DNA of 57,173 nt from the NCBI GenBank assembly GCA_001600815.1, contig BCKZ01000024.1, positions 186,001 through 243,173 of the forward strand. The letters are read 5' to 3'. The translations under genes and the position numbers were made by a program. Positions 36,041 to 49,199 of the stretch are shown here, one piece after another. The DNA comes from Alloascoidea hylecoeti. Taxonomy: Eukaryota. Position 1 is the first letter of the stretch. Every line of letters starts with the position of its first letter. The notes beneath the pieces were generated by a model. That model made no database searches. It was not told the origin of the DNA and saw nothing but the letters and a program-made list of their open reading frames with translations.

Positions 36041-37417
36041 ATGTCAGTTCCTCGTCCAAAACCGTGGGAAGTTTCATCCGGCACATCACAGGCAGTAGCT
36101 CAAGGCCAACCATCCTCTGTCTCTTCAACTTCCACAATACACATGTCTGACTCAACTTCGTCTTCAAATGCGTCTTCGTCCATTCCCCAGCGACCTGAAT
36201 CGCTCACAACTTCCACTTCATCCATGGGACTGGACGGTACAAACCCATACTCATCTTATGGATCTACGGGATATGGAAATTCTACTTATGGATCACCCTT
36301 TTCTTCTGGTTACAATCGTTATGGATCCACTTATGGTGGTCTAGGTGGCGGACTAGGTGGCTATAGCTCATACGGAGGTCTAGGTGGCGGGCTTGGTGGT
36401 GGTTATGGCAGCTATGGAGGGTATAGTAGTTATGGTGGTCTTGGGGGTTACGGAGGAATGGGAGGATATGGAGGTGGGTATGGAGGTGGTTTTGGAGGAC
36501 CAATGAATGGAATGAACCCTCAAGGTCAGAATGGTTTAAACTCTATAGCAAATAGCACCGCTGCTGCCTTTCAACTGTTGGAAGGAATAGTTGGCGCTAT
36601 TACAGGTTTAGCCCAAATGATGGAATCAACTTATATGGCCACACACTCAAGTTTTTTCGCAATGATGTCAGTAGCAGAACAGTTTGGTAATCTAAAAAAT
36701 ATGTTAGGCTCAATACTTGGAATATTTACGGTAATGAGATGGATCAAAAAACTTTTATGCAAAATTACTGGTAAAAAATATGTTCCTGATGTTAAACTAG
36801 ACAAATCAGAATTTGCAAAATTTGAGGCTAAAAAGGCTACCGGTGGTCCAAATTTTTCACCTGGTTCTCCCGATGGAACACGCCCATCATTTAAGCCACT
36901 GATATTTTTCATAGTTGCAGTTTTCGGATTCCCTTACCTAATAAATCGAATAATTAAATCAATCGCCAGTAAAAATATGCAATTTGACGAAAATGGAAAT
37001 CCTATCCCCCCAGAACAACAACTTCAACTACAACAGCAAATGAATGGCGATATAGATCCAGCTCATTTGGAATTTTACAGAGCTCAATATGATTTTGTTG
37101 CTGAAAATCCCCAAATTGAACTAACTGTACAGAAGGGAGATTTAGTAGCATTATTATCTCGAAAAGATCCAGCTGGAGGTGAAGGTCAATGGTGGAAAGT
37201 TAGAACTAGAGATGGAAAGACCGGTTATGTTCCAAAAACATACCTTGAACCGGTTAGAAGATTATTAGAAGCAGCACAACGAGTTCAGGAACAGCTACAA
37301 TTAGAGGCTGGTGGTAAACCAAGTCAGCCGGTTGATAAGAATAAAGCAGATGAAGTTAAAGTCAATGTAGTAGGAAAAGGTACAAACACAAATGACAAAG
37401 AAAATACAACAGCATAA
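36041..37417 (+). CDS. PEX13: Peroxin Pex13
   Basis: PRPKPWE, YG-rich region, AQMMESTYMATHSSFFAM and a C-terminal SH3 domain. Confidence 0.95.
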   Translation: MSVPRPKPWEVSSGTSQAVAQGQPSSVSSTSTIHMSDSTSSSNASSSIPQRPESLTTSTSSMGLDGTNPYSSYGSTGYGNSTYGSPFSSGYNRYGSTYGGLGGGLGGYSSYGGLGGGLGGGYGSYGGYSSYGGLGGYGGMGGYGGGYGGGFGGPMNGMNPQGQNGLNSIANSTAAAFQLLEGIVGAITGLAQMMESTYMATHSSFFAMMSVAEQFGNLKNMLGSILGIFTVMRWIKKLLCKITGKKYVPDVKLDKSEFAKFEAKKATGGPNFSPGSPDGTRPSFKPLIFFIVAVFGFPYLINRIIKSIASKNMQFDENGNPIPPEQQLQLQQQMNGDIDPAHLEFYRAQYDFVAENPQIELTVQKGDLVALLSRKDPAGGEGQWWKVRTRDGKTGYVPKTYLEPVRRLLEAAQRVQEQLQLEAGGKPSQPVDKNKADEVKVNVVGKGTNTNDKENTTA

Positions 37418-38170
37418 CCAAATAATTAACTTGATATCAGAAAATTAACGGGGTTTTAATTACATTTATTACAGCTGCTTGTTTAACTTGAAGATTTAGC
37501 TCTGCTGTCTTTTCATATTACATCTTCTTTCCTATGAAATGCCTTGTTAAGCTCGGATATACATACAATTAATATCGTGTATACAATTTTGTTTTAACAT
37601 ATATTTTTTATTTGTTTGCTTTGCTTTGTTAGCTTATTTTGGTTAGTTTATTGCAATTGTTGTTTTATAATAATAGAAGTTATTTGGGCAATATACTATA
37701 GGTATTTTTGTTAATATAAAATATTCTGGGTCCGAACTATGTCTTAAAGAGATTAGCTGGATATGAGTGGGAGTATAAACCTGTGCCACATTTCCATGTT
37801 GCAGTAACAATACGTTTATTTGTGTAACCTACCACTTGATTGTCATAAAAAATGAATTGAATAAAAACCCCCAGACTTATTATAATCTAGATCTGTAAAT
37901 AGCGAGTAGGTATAACTTAGACATCTCTTGAACAATGTTATTTAGTTATAGAATGAAGAAATTTAGTGAACGGACATATTTAAAATTAATTGCAAAAGAT
38001 CATCAGAAATTATGAAAGAATTGAGACATCAAAGTGTTCAGAAACTTAATTTTTTTTTTTGTTAGTGACAGTTACCCTGCCTCTCCACCAATGTCTAACC
38101 ACTTTTCAACACTCTGGCATAAAATCTAAAAAATCCATCATTTCTTTAACTTCTTTATAATATAACTAAA

Positions 38171-38905
38171 ATGGTATGAGTCGATTTGATTTCTCTTGTG
38201 GAAGACTTTCAAATGAAATATGTTATCAAAGATTTTTTTCTTTTTTCGTTTAATAATCATCTATTGCAATTTGTTATTAATTTCTGATTGATTTGATAAC
38301 ATTTTACTATTAAAGAATATTCCTACTGTTCGAAACGAGTATATCGATTTGTATTTATTGATTTGAATCATAAATATTTTTATTTTTTTTCTTGTTTAAA
38401 AGAAGAATAAGAAAAACTGTTTAACAAAGTTATACGAAATCAGCAGTTGAAATTTTATTGAAATATTGATAAAACCACGATCACTCTTTGATACATATAT
38501 TTCAAATGCTACAAATGTTTACCGTTAATTATTTTTATTAGTTTTAACTAAATTTTTGTTATAGTCTTCAGCTTCAGTTCCTGGTGGACCAAAGTCAGCC
38601 CTTCGGTACGTATGAAACAAAAGATAAAGTTATAATAAGTGAAATACCACCTATCATAAAGAATTATTTTAACATTGTTTAATAGTCGACGTGCTCAACA
38701 AGAACGTCTGGCTAACCAAGCTTCAGTTCGTCCTCTTTCAACACGGGAAGCAGGTGCCGGAGGATCATCAGCCACAACTCTAGAGTTATTTACCGATGAA
38801 GCTCAGGGAATCAGTTTGGACCCTCTACTTGTTATATTAGCTAGTATTGGTTTTATCGTTGCTGCGTTTGTTACGCATTTCATTGGAAAATTAGGGAAAA
38901 AATAA
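38171..38905 (+). CDS. SBH1: Sec61 beta subunit. Exons 38171..38173, 38565..38605, 38686..38905
   Basis: MSSASVPGGPKSALRRR...AGAGGSS..LELFTDEAQGISLDP, then a C-terminal TM helix with a conserved His. Confidence 0.9.
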
Positions 38906-39888
38906 TAATTGTTAGAAGGTAATCCTCCAATCGAAGTCAGTTTTGTATATTAAAGATAAATTGAGAAAATGATCTTCTTGAGAACTTAATGATATAATAT
39001 TACTTGTAGTTCTAATTTATACAATAATATTAGGACATAAGTACTAAAAATTGTCGCCTATTGCAGTTGCATTCTTTAAAAGTTCACTGATTAAATTCAA
39101 TTTTTTCATTTATATTAATTAACTATCTTTTCAACGTATATTATAACTATAAAAATGTGATGGCGAATTCCACTATTACTATTGCTAATATATTACAAGT
39201 GTATAAATAATGCTCTTTTTGTTGTTTTAAACTAAAATATATTTAATGAAAATGGGACTAAAATATAAACTTATACAGTTGGGCTCACCATATTGGAGGG
39301 AACATTTCGTCAACTTAGTATGTGTATTTTCGGCCTATTGGAAATTAAATATTAGTCTTAAGGGTAATAATTAGTTAGTTGTTGTGCTTGGGTATATTTC
39401 GTCAACTAATTCGTCTAATATATATATATACTTTAGCCATTAGTGGAGTGACTAGTTCGCTGTTTGGGTGACAGATAGTTCGCTATTCAGTTTGATTTTA
39501 TTGCGTCGCTACGGTTGGCTTATATGTTAATATCTTTTGGCCACTTTGTGAAGTGAGTATTCGTGGTATGAGTGATACAGACTTCAACACTTTTTGTTCT
39601 TTTGAGTCTATATTTGGACATTTAATATAATAATATTACATCACTTTTTTAACAATTAGCTCGCTGAGATCCCTTTAAATTGTTCATACTAAGTGACCAA
39701 ATATCAGTGTTTGTCTAATTTAATGAACCACTAGCAGGTTCCATAACAATTCATTTTATAAAACTGTGATCGCAAATTTTAAAGTATCAGTGAAATATTA
39801 AATATTAAATAAAATACAATAAAGATTTTCCGCTTGATGTGATATATACATTAAAAGGGTCAAGTTTTTCTAAAATTATCTATATCTT

Positions 39889-41801
39889 TTATCTCGATAC
39901 TTTAAAAACAAAGTCGATAAAGTCTTCAATTTTATCAGCACTGATAAGGTATTTCTTTGAATTTTCAGGAACAATATTCCATTTCCAGCTCTCATATAAT
40001 TTTTCATTCTCATGATCATTTTTTCGTAAAGACAGTAATTTTCCTCCTAAATTTTCATCTCTAAATTCAATTTCAACCTGTCCTGTTTTTTCATAACTAT
40101 TTCCAAAAAGAATATAAATCGGCATACCATAAAGACCCCATTCTTTAAATTTTTTACCATATCGAACTAATTGTGGATCTCTATCATCATAAATTGTCCT
40201 AATATCTTTCTTTGCTAAATTTTCTAATAAATTAAGTTCATATTTTGTTGTTTCATCATTTTTATTGTTTGATTTAAGAATGACAATTTGGTATGGCGCA
40301 ATTGATAAGGGCCAATTTAAACCGAACTTATCTCTTTTGACAGATGCAATTGCCGCAATTAAACGGCTGACTCCAATACCATAACATCCCATTTCAATGG
40401 TCTTTAAATTTCCTGAAGAGGTTTGGATATTGGCGTTGAACGGTTTTGAATATTTTGTTCCCAGGTAAAAAGTATGACCAACTTCAATTGCTTTATGAGA
40501 AGATAATATACCATTATCGCATCTCGGACAGGCATCACCATCTTCAACTTCAACAAGTGGTTCATCCGTTAATGTTGAGGTATTACTTCTATGAAATTGT
40601 CCTGGTAAATCTGGTAAATCAGTAGTTTTAGAAATTCTTGGATCCATTATTCTTACCAGACGGTGTGTTAGTAGATCAGAATTGCTATCATTAGTTTTAG
40701 TTAGAAATGATGCCATATGATCACCATCATTTGTTAATTTAACAGATAGATCATCAGTATCTAAATCAGGTATAATTGGTTTAATTAATAATGGGTTGAG
40801 AGTTTTCCCTGGTGGATAATAACAAGCAATTAAAGTTGATCTATCCTTCGTTATACCATAAACCACCTCGGCGTTTTGCACATGCTCATCATCGTTAGAA
40901 GGGAAAGAAGTCGCCTTTTCAACATTACTTGTATAATCACATTGATTACACTTATATACGTCATCTTCACCTTCCTCATTTAATATGTGATACTCATGGG
41001 ATAAAGAACCACCAATTGAACCAGAGTCAGCCTCAGCAACAACGAAATCAATGCCAATTTCATTCATTATATCATTATATGATTGTCTAACTTTATTATA
41101 GGTGTTTTTTGCATCTGATTCAGAAAGATCGAAACTATATAAATCTTTCATTGTGAATTCACGGGCTCTTAACAGACCACCTCTCGGTCGTAATTCGTCT
41201 CTATATTTCCTTGATATTTGAAATAATAGTATTGGAAATAATTTTGAAGATTTTACAGAATTTTTCACTAGCCAAGTAATTTCTTCTTCAAAAGTTGGAG
41301 CTAAACAAAAACTTGAATTATTTTTGTCTTTCAATTTAAATAACTCTGTATTTTCCCATCTACCCGTTTTCTCCCATAAAGATTTTGAGCTTAAGGATGA
41401 TAAAGATACTTCATTTGCATCAATTTTTAACATGTTTTTCCGGATGACGTCTTCTGTTAATTTCAATACTTGAAGACCTAATGGTAGCCAATGAACTAAT
41501 CCTTTTGAAGGTCTTCTTATATAACCAGCACCAACAAATAGATCATGAAGCGTCTCTACAAAAATCAATTGGATTAGTTAAAAGCAAAATTGAATATATA
41601 TATTTCATTAAAGTACCTTTTGATAGATCTTTTACAAGATAAGAAGTGTCTACAGGAGTAAATAGTTTAGACATATAGGACGGTCCCTTATAAAAGTCAG
41701 TCAAAATGAATATTTCCAAACATTCGGATTTAATTTCTCTAACTTACATGATATCTTCTTGAGAATATCTTTGAAGATATCCTCAAATTCTGCCTCAACA
41801 T
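39889..41801 (-). CDS. AIM10: Mitochondrial (bacterial-type) prolyl-tRNA synthetase. Exons 41801..41748, 41686..41617, 41555..39889
   Basis: Arg/Ser-rich presequence MLRQNLRISSKIFSRRYH, then KYRDELRPRGGLLRAREF, IEVGHTFYLGTKYS and MGCYGIGVSR. Confidence 0.9.
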
Positions 41802-42221
41802 TTCAGGAATAGTTAATTATACAAACTGTTTTTAAATCAAAATTCGCTTTAGGTGTTTGGGTGATATCTGATGACCGATAAGCACGTGCTTATGTTTGTG
41901 TCTTCAGTTGCGAAATAAGTAAAATTTAATCCATCAAAAATAACATATTATCAATAAAATTTATCAAAATCAGCAAGCTATTTTATAAGAAAGCTTTGTC
42001 CGGTGATTTGCTTCTTTTTTTTAATACGCTTGGACGTCTTGTGTGGTGAGATAAAATAATAAGGTATTATATGCTATTTTTTGGATCTCTCCATATTTAA
42101 AATATTCACATTCATTGTCCGATGCCATTTTGTATAATATTTACCTTCACACAAAGTTGCCTTTACTCGAACTACTATCACTGCGATCTATTTATTCGAT
42201 CGTAAAACTCGCCCTATAAAA

Positions 42222-45156
42222 ATGGCGATACCGATACAACAAAATCAAATACAAAGTATACCGAATGATTCCTTGATTGAAAAAAATAACGTATGTTCTA
42301 GAAATGATTTATAATCCTTTGAAAGAAAATTGTTTACCTTCTATTTTGATTATTATTATTATCTCCCATTATTTTTCCTTTCTCTAACATCATATTCAAG
42401 TCTATTCAAACTAATACGGTACCTGAAAATGGAAGTACAAATGGAAACGCGTCGCGAACGGAAGCAGACAAAGATCGTGAGGTTTCTAACGATAACAAAA
42501 ACCTAACGAATGGAGGTGTTATTAATGGATCTTCGACAATACTTCAGAATCTTAACGAGACATCAAATATGTATGTAAATTTTATAGTGAGAGAAACTAC
42601 GATGTTTTCGATATCTTTTTTCTAACTTTTTTTTTTTTTTTTTTGATCAGAATCGACAACATAAAAAAGCGGAAGCAAAGAAAAACAGAATTGTTATTAT
42701 TACAAGAATTAACACAATCGAGTGAAAATCTTAAGAACAATATTTCGATACCACCACTTGATTCTCCTAGACAATTACGAAAACGAACACCCATTCCGAC
42801 TCTTTCATCACCTTTATTCTCACCATCGGAAACTGATGATTATATACCAGAAACTGCGCCTATTTCTTCAACTAGATCAAAGAGGCGATTAGGTACCCGA
42901 GGCTGGAGAAGTATTGATGTATTAACTCAAAATAATACAGAAATAAATAAGGATATTGGAACAAGTCCTATGGAACAATTACAATTACAGTTGGATTTGC
43001 AATCACAAAAGAAGAATGAAAATTCAAAACAACGGCGAAAAAAAGGGAAAAGAAATCGAAATTTAGTAGAATATAAAAAATCAAAGAATAAATTATTTAT
43101 TAAACTTCGTTTACCACCAAATAAACTAAAATCAATAGCGTTAAAACAATCTCACTTAACAAAGAAAAATCAAAGGTCACGATCTGATTCAATATCGAGT
43201 TTAAGATCGCTAACACCTTTGTGTACAAGTCCTAGTAGGAAAATAAGAATACGGTCAAGATCTCAATCTCATCAATCATTTGATTACGGATTTAGTAGTG
43301 ATTTAAGTAATGAATCTGATTCTGAGTCTGAAATCACTACTGATGATGATCAACAACCATTAAAAAAGATCTTAAATGAACGTCAAAGAAACGTTGATAA
43401 TACAACTCCATCTGAATTAGATAGAAAGAAATTTAAACTAGCCTTGAAAAAAAGTGAATTAAGCCGTCAAGAGCGTGAAAATAATTACGAAGAAATAGAT
43501 AATGATTTTTCTGAGACAAACTCAAGAAACGAAACTGACGAAGATAAATATAATCCTTTAAAAAAAATTTCAAAAATAAAATATATACGATTTGGAGGTT
43601 ATGAAATAAATACTTGGTATACAGCACCATATCCAGAGGAATACAGTACAAATAAAGTATTACACATTTGTGAATTTTGTTTGAAATATATGAATTCTGA
43701 TTATATCCTCAAACGACATAAATTAAAATGTTTTAAAAATCATCCACCAGGAAATGAAATTTATCGATTTAAAAATAATTCGATATTTGAAATTGATGGT
43801 AGGAAAAATATAATTTATTGTCAAAATTTGTGTCTACTAGCAAAATTATTCTTAAATTCAAAAACTTTATATTATGATGTTGAGCCTTTTGTGTTTTATG
43901 TTTTAACTGAAAATAATTCAAATGGGTGTCACTTTGTTGGTTATTTCTCAAAAGAAAAATTAAATTCTTCAAATTATAACGTTAGTTGTATATTAACAAT
44001 GCCAATATTTCAAAGAAAAGGGTATGGGAATTTATTAGTTGATTTTTCTTATCTATTAAGTCGAAGAGAAGGAAAATTGGGTACTCCTGAAAAGCCATTA
44101 AGTGACTTTGGGGTTCTAACTTATCGGAATTATTGGAAAATCGCAATGTGTTATAAATTACGTGAATTGTATGAATATTTTAAATCTACGAATAATCTTG
44201 AGAATCTATTAAAGATTTCAATTGATGATTTGGCAAACTCAACGGGTTTAATTCAGTCAGATGTTGTTTGTGGTTTAGAGCAAATAAATGGGTTAGTTAG
44301 AAATGTTTATACTGGATTATACGCAATTCATATTGATTTAGATCTAATCAACGAAATAATTATTAAACTAGAAGAAAGAAGGAAACACCAAGTTGTTCTA
44401 AATCCTGAGTGTTTAATCTGGGAACCCATTGTTGTTGGGAGATCAGGAGGGATCAATAGTATTTTAACTACTGGTGAGATTGCAGATATTTTGAACAATA
44501 AAGAAACTTCTCCTAGTTTAACTCGGTTGGTTTCTGAAAATCATCAGATTTATGATAAAAGTGCAGAGGAAGAGCTTTTACATTTAGTTAAGGGTCGAAT
44601 GAATATTCCGGTAGAAGAAGTTGATGACACAGATAGTGATCATGAAGAATCGTTATACAAATTGGATGATTATCGTGTTTGCTATCCTGGTATGAAATTA
44701 ACTTTATTATCACCACAAAATTCAAAACGAAAGCGAATTATTATAGACGAAGAAGAAGAAGAAGGAGAGCATAGCCATGAAAATAAAGAAAGCGGATATT
44801 TAAATCATTCAGATGTTACTTTATTTGAATCATCGGAATCTCCGATTTCAACAGAAAACGGCAATATGATAAGAGATGTAATGCCACGGAAAAGAAAACG
44901 AGGAAGGCCAAAAGGAACCACGAGAAAGCACCGTATGATGTTGGCTAATGGCATATTCATATCTTCTGATAATATAGAAAATGGAAATGGAAATGGAAGC
45001 AGTATAAGTATGATAAGAAGGTTAAGACGTTCTACCATTTCATTAACGAAATCTCAAGCAGTTAGTCCAAAGCAAGTTTCTACACCACCCTTTATTGATG
45101 TTGATAAATCACCAAGTAAAAGTATAAGAAGGTTAAGGATAAGAAAAGATTCCTAA
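42222..45156 (+). CDS. SAS3: MYST histone acetyltransferase, Sas3-like. Probable exons 42222..42290, 42401..42570, 42651..45156
   Basis: TWYTAPYPEEY, C2HC finger, YCQNLCLLAKLFLNSKTLYYDVEPF and GTPEKPLSD. The 5' exons are phase-consistent but less certain. Confidence 0.85.
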
Positions 45157-46196
45157 AACCAAAAAATTTAAAATATTTCATATTCTTGATGTTTATTGTG
45201 TATTCTTATTTGAAATGACCTTGAATTTAAAAGGCTTATACACAGCTATTAATGGTACCAGTTTATATATGATTATTGTTTGAACTCAAATTATACTTCT
45301 CTCTATAATCATAATTATATAATTATAAGCATGAGATGTCAAAAGTTAATTGACTTTTGTTATAAATATTAATGAGGTTTCGAATTTTATTCAAGACTAT
45401 TTATATAATTTAATATACCAGCAGAACTGGTACAATTATAATCATATAACTAATATTATATGGTTATCTTATATTTGAATTTATAGCACTACTAGTTAAC
45501 GATATATCGATAGTTTACTTTCGTACATTCTACGTATTATTCAGTTATAATGATAGTATTCGATAATTTAACTTTGTCTTTAGAATACGTATAATGTTTA
45601 ATTTGAATAATATTTAATTTCATTCTTTTCACACCATTTAATGCTTAAGCTTGATCAGCTATAAAACTTATCTTACGGTGTTTCCACTTAACTTAGGCCA
45701 CTTTGAGTCAAATATTCGGCCATTTTTGATGAATAGTAAGTCAAAATGGATGAAATTAAATGAAAACACTATATTGGGTTATTGGGAGATTTCCCTGCAG
45801 CTTAAATTAACTTTGTTTCAGCTGCATCTGCACATGTAATTTATCTTGAATAATAATTATATATTATAAAAACTGAAAAAACAAATATATATTATGAATA
45901 TAAACAAAACAACCAACATTAATTATAACTTACTACTTAAATGAACTAATAACGAGTGTAATCAAGATATAACCTTCTTCTCACTTTAAAATAGAATAAA
46001 CAACACCAAGAAAACATTTCATAAATTTTTTTCTTGTTATGTATAAAAATGGAAGAGAAAAAATATATAAATCTTAAATTTCATTCATATTCATCTTATT
46101 TTTAAAATGTAATTAACTTATTATACGGTTTTAATATCAATGCAATTACAAAAATACTTGAATAGCATTCTCTATTCTTCTTTATTCAAATTAAAC

Positions 46197-47195
46197 TTAT
46201 AATTTATAGCTAACATGATAAGTTGGAACGGAAGAAGAGAATGTAGTAAAAGGAGTTGTTGCAACTGGAACCGGAGAAGGAACAGATGTGGTAGTGGTGG
46301 TGGTGGTGGTCTTTTGAACTGGGCTAGGTGGCTTAACAGTAACTGTTTCGATAGTTGGTGGCTGCTCATAGGCAACACTTTGAATAACATTCCTTGTTGG
46401 AAGTGATTGGTAAACTGTTGTTTTTGGTGGTTCAACGGAAACAGTTTGGTAAACTGTCTTTGGTTGTTCAAAAGTAACGCTCTTAGGTGGTTCAACAGAA
46501 ACGGTCTTAAGGACAGTTGGAGGTTGTTCATAGGCAACGCTTACTGGAACACCAGCAGGAGTAAAAGGAACAGTTGCATAAGTGACTGGAGTTGGGGCAA
46601 CTGTAACAGATGGATAAGAAACAATGGTTCTTGAAGGAGCTGATACATATTGCTTAGCAGGTTGCTTATATTCAACGGTGGTCTTATACTCAAGACCGTC
46701 GTCCTTGTACTCAGTTTCAGTTCTACCAGAAGTCAAGGCAGTTTGATATGTGGTCAAAGCTGGGGTAATAACTGGACGTGGGAGAGTTGGAGCTGGGGTT
46801 GAAATTCCAACTGGCAAGGTTGGGAAAAGAGGCTTTTCAACAGATTTTGTAACAGAGCTCTTGTAAGAAACATCACCAGATTCATATTCATAGTTATTAT
46901 GAGAAGTTTGGGTTGTAGTGGTACTCAATGGGTTATAAGTAAATGTTTGAATTCCAAGATTATTAGCATTATAGTTCAAACCTTTGGTTTCAACCTTCTC
47001 GTAGTTGTACAAATCACGTAGGATAATTTCTTCGGATGTGAAAGGTGGAATGACAACCTTAATGTAGTTATTTTGGGCTTGGTTGTAGGCGACATATGTG
47101 GTGCTGACGGCCTTATCTTCATAAGAAAGAGTTTTGTACTCCTGAACAAGCTTTTCTGGCAACGATGAGTCGACGTTAACTGTGATTAATGACAT
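46197..47195 (-). CDS. Orphan V/P/T/Y-rich repeat protein (~332 aa) with no signal peptide
   Basis: AAAAATG start context, TATATAAAAA at 47460..47451 and a 5'-UTR intron 47366..47213 (GTATGT / GACTAAC / CATAG). Internal repeats VAYEQPP and TVSVEPPK. Confidence 0.8.
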   Translation of the reverse strand: MSLITVNVDSSLPEKLVQEYKTLSYEDKAVSTTYVAYNQAQNNYIKVVIPPFTSEEIILRDLYNYEKVETKGLNYNANNLGIQTFTYNPLSTTTTQTSHNNYEYESGDVSYKSSVTKSVEKPLFPTLPVGISTPAPTLPRPVITPALTTYQTALTSGRTETEYKDDGLEYKTTVEYKQPAKQYVSAPSRTIVSYPSVTVAPTPVTYATVPFTPAGVPVSVAYEQPPTVLKTVSVEPPKSVTFEQPKTVYQTVSVEPPKTTVYQSLPTRNVIQSVAYEQPPTIETVTVKPPSPVQKTTTTTTTTSVPSPVPVATTPFTTFSSSVPTYHVSYKL

Positions 47196-49199
47196 TTTTG
47201 ACAATAGATGGTCTATGAAATATGAAATTTAGAGGGTTAGTCAAGAACTCTTGTAATTTATAGAAAAATAGTTCAAAAAATAGGGAGGTGGGCCTTAATA
47301 TTAATAATTATATCAATGCCAAAGAATCTCTCGAAATAGAACAACTTGAAGAAATAAGGAACATACACTGTGTATAATTAGAAGATATTCCAACCCAAAG
47401 AGTCTACAAGGGATGAATGAAAAAGAAAAGGTCTTAAAGGAAAAAAACTCTTTTTATATATGTAATTTACAAGTAAACACAGCTTCAGGCCGTTGGTCCA
47501 ACAACTGTTCTTAGGTGCTGTAATTAAAATATACGATGGAGCGATATAATTAGAAGGCTGGTTTCTCCCCTCATAATATTAACACTAGAAATGAGGCCAT
47601 AAGCGTGAGGGTTTATTGGCCTGGCAAATATACTACTGGAGGTTTTTTATCCCCCCTTAGATGGTCTTCATACATCTTTTTTCTTTGAATATACTCAATT
47701 TTTACTGTTTCTTTTAGCTATGAATACAAAGTGTTTGCTGTGGAAGGGCGTTGTATGAATTTTGTTTGGATATTTCCCAATTCAGTGCGCATGCTACTCC
47801 ATAATATCTGCAATACTACTTGTGAATTGAAAGAGAAAAAAGCTGCAAAATAACAACTGGGCTGGTTATTATTCACTTATGTTAATATGTTTCAATGCTT
47901 TCAGCCTACTACTGTTATAATTATATGTAACCTTTAATTCTTTAATTACCATTAATAATAGAGACCGGCTTCTTTTATATGGTGATATATGCTCATGAAT
48001 ATGTCCCTAGACGAATGAATAAATGAAGAAGCTGGCTATAGATAATAAATTTGAAAGATCTTATACATGCATGCAATTGCGATTATATGCATTAAAATAC
48101 TCATTCATATTCCTGAGTCTTGACAAATGAGCGCATTGAATTCAGAACTTTTAACTGGCATCTCATCATGTTGTTGAAGTACCAATTTTTCGCGATGGTT
48201 TTTATTCACAATTCCTATTTTCCTATATACGACACTGTGTGGTTTCAAATATAAACTCATTTAAAACCCTCAATTTAGAGAGCCTCTCTCATAATTGCGT
48301 AATAGATACCCAAAAAAAAAGTTACGATAGAAAAATATTTGTTTTCTATTTTGCAATGTCCAGTCAACAAAAACATTTAATGCTCTTCTCTGTAGCTATA
48401 TTTAGCTAAACTTACCATGCATAGGCTAGCTTTAACCAACCTCTCTTTTATGTGCTACTTTTCTAATTCCGATCGCTAAACTTTGCATACAGCTTATAAT
48501 ATCAATGTTAATATAATGTTCTTCCTGCTGAAGATCCTGACTATAGTAAATAACAATCATTATGACATTTGAAATGTTGTCATGTTTCATATAAATTATA
48601 GGTTATAGCCATATTGTTTTTATTAACATTTCTGAAAGGATCTATATATATACAGCACCATAGATTACAATTTCCGTGGCTGTTACTTGCAATTGAACTG
48701 TTTTATATAATTAAGATCAAGATCTTCTGATTTTATTAGCTTAATTAACTACTTATTTAATATCAACGCATATTAAACAATAGAGATAGAAAGCTATAAA
48801 TGACTACAGTATAGGCCTATATCTATATTGTCTTTACCTAAGCAATCTTCCAGTTACAGTTCTTAATATAAGGTTATCAGTCGTATCTATATTTAAAGAA
48901 CATGACGGCCTAGCTACTCATAATCTTCTCCTCAGAAATATACTATATACTGTAAATCCCACTTACTTTAGGCCATATGGAGGTCAAATATTCTGTCTCG
49001 ACCGATGCACTGATATTTAGCCTCATCGGTAAATAATTATCGGTGACCACCTTCATTGTTTAGACATTTCTATACTATAAGCTCTAGAAGAAGCAGACTA
49101 TTAATGGAGAATTAGAGCTAGGCTCAGAGCTATACCATATAAGGTGTGATGTGCAGGTTCCTTTGGGAAGAGAAATAAATACGCACTTTTCATTAAAAT

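Noticed and set aside
36330..36500. GGTGG-rich repeats
   Set aside because: This is the normal YG-rich domain of Pex13.
38174..38564. Long SBH1 intron as a snoRNA host
   Set aside because: No properly placed C/D or H/ACA boxes were identified.
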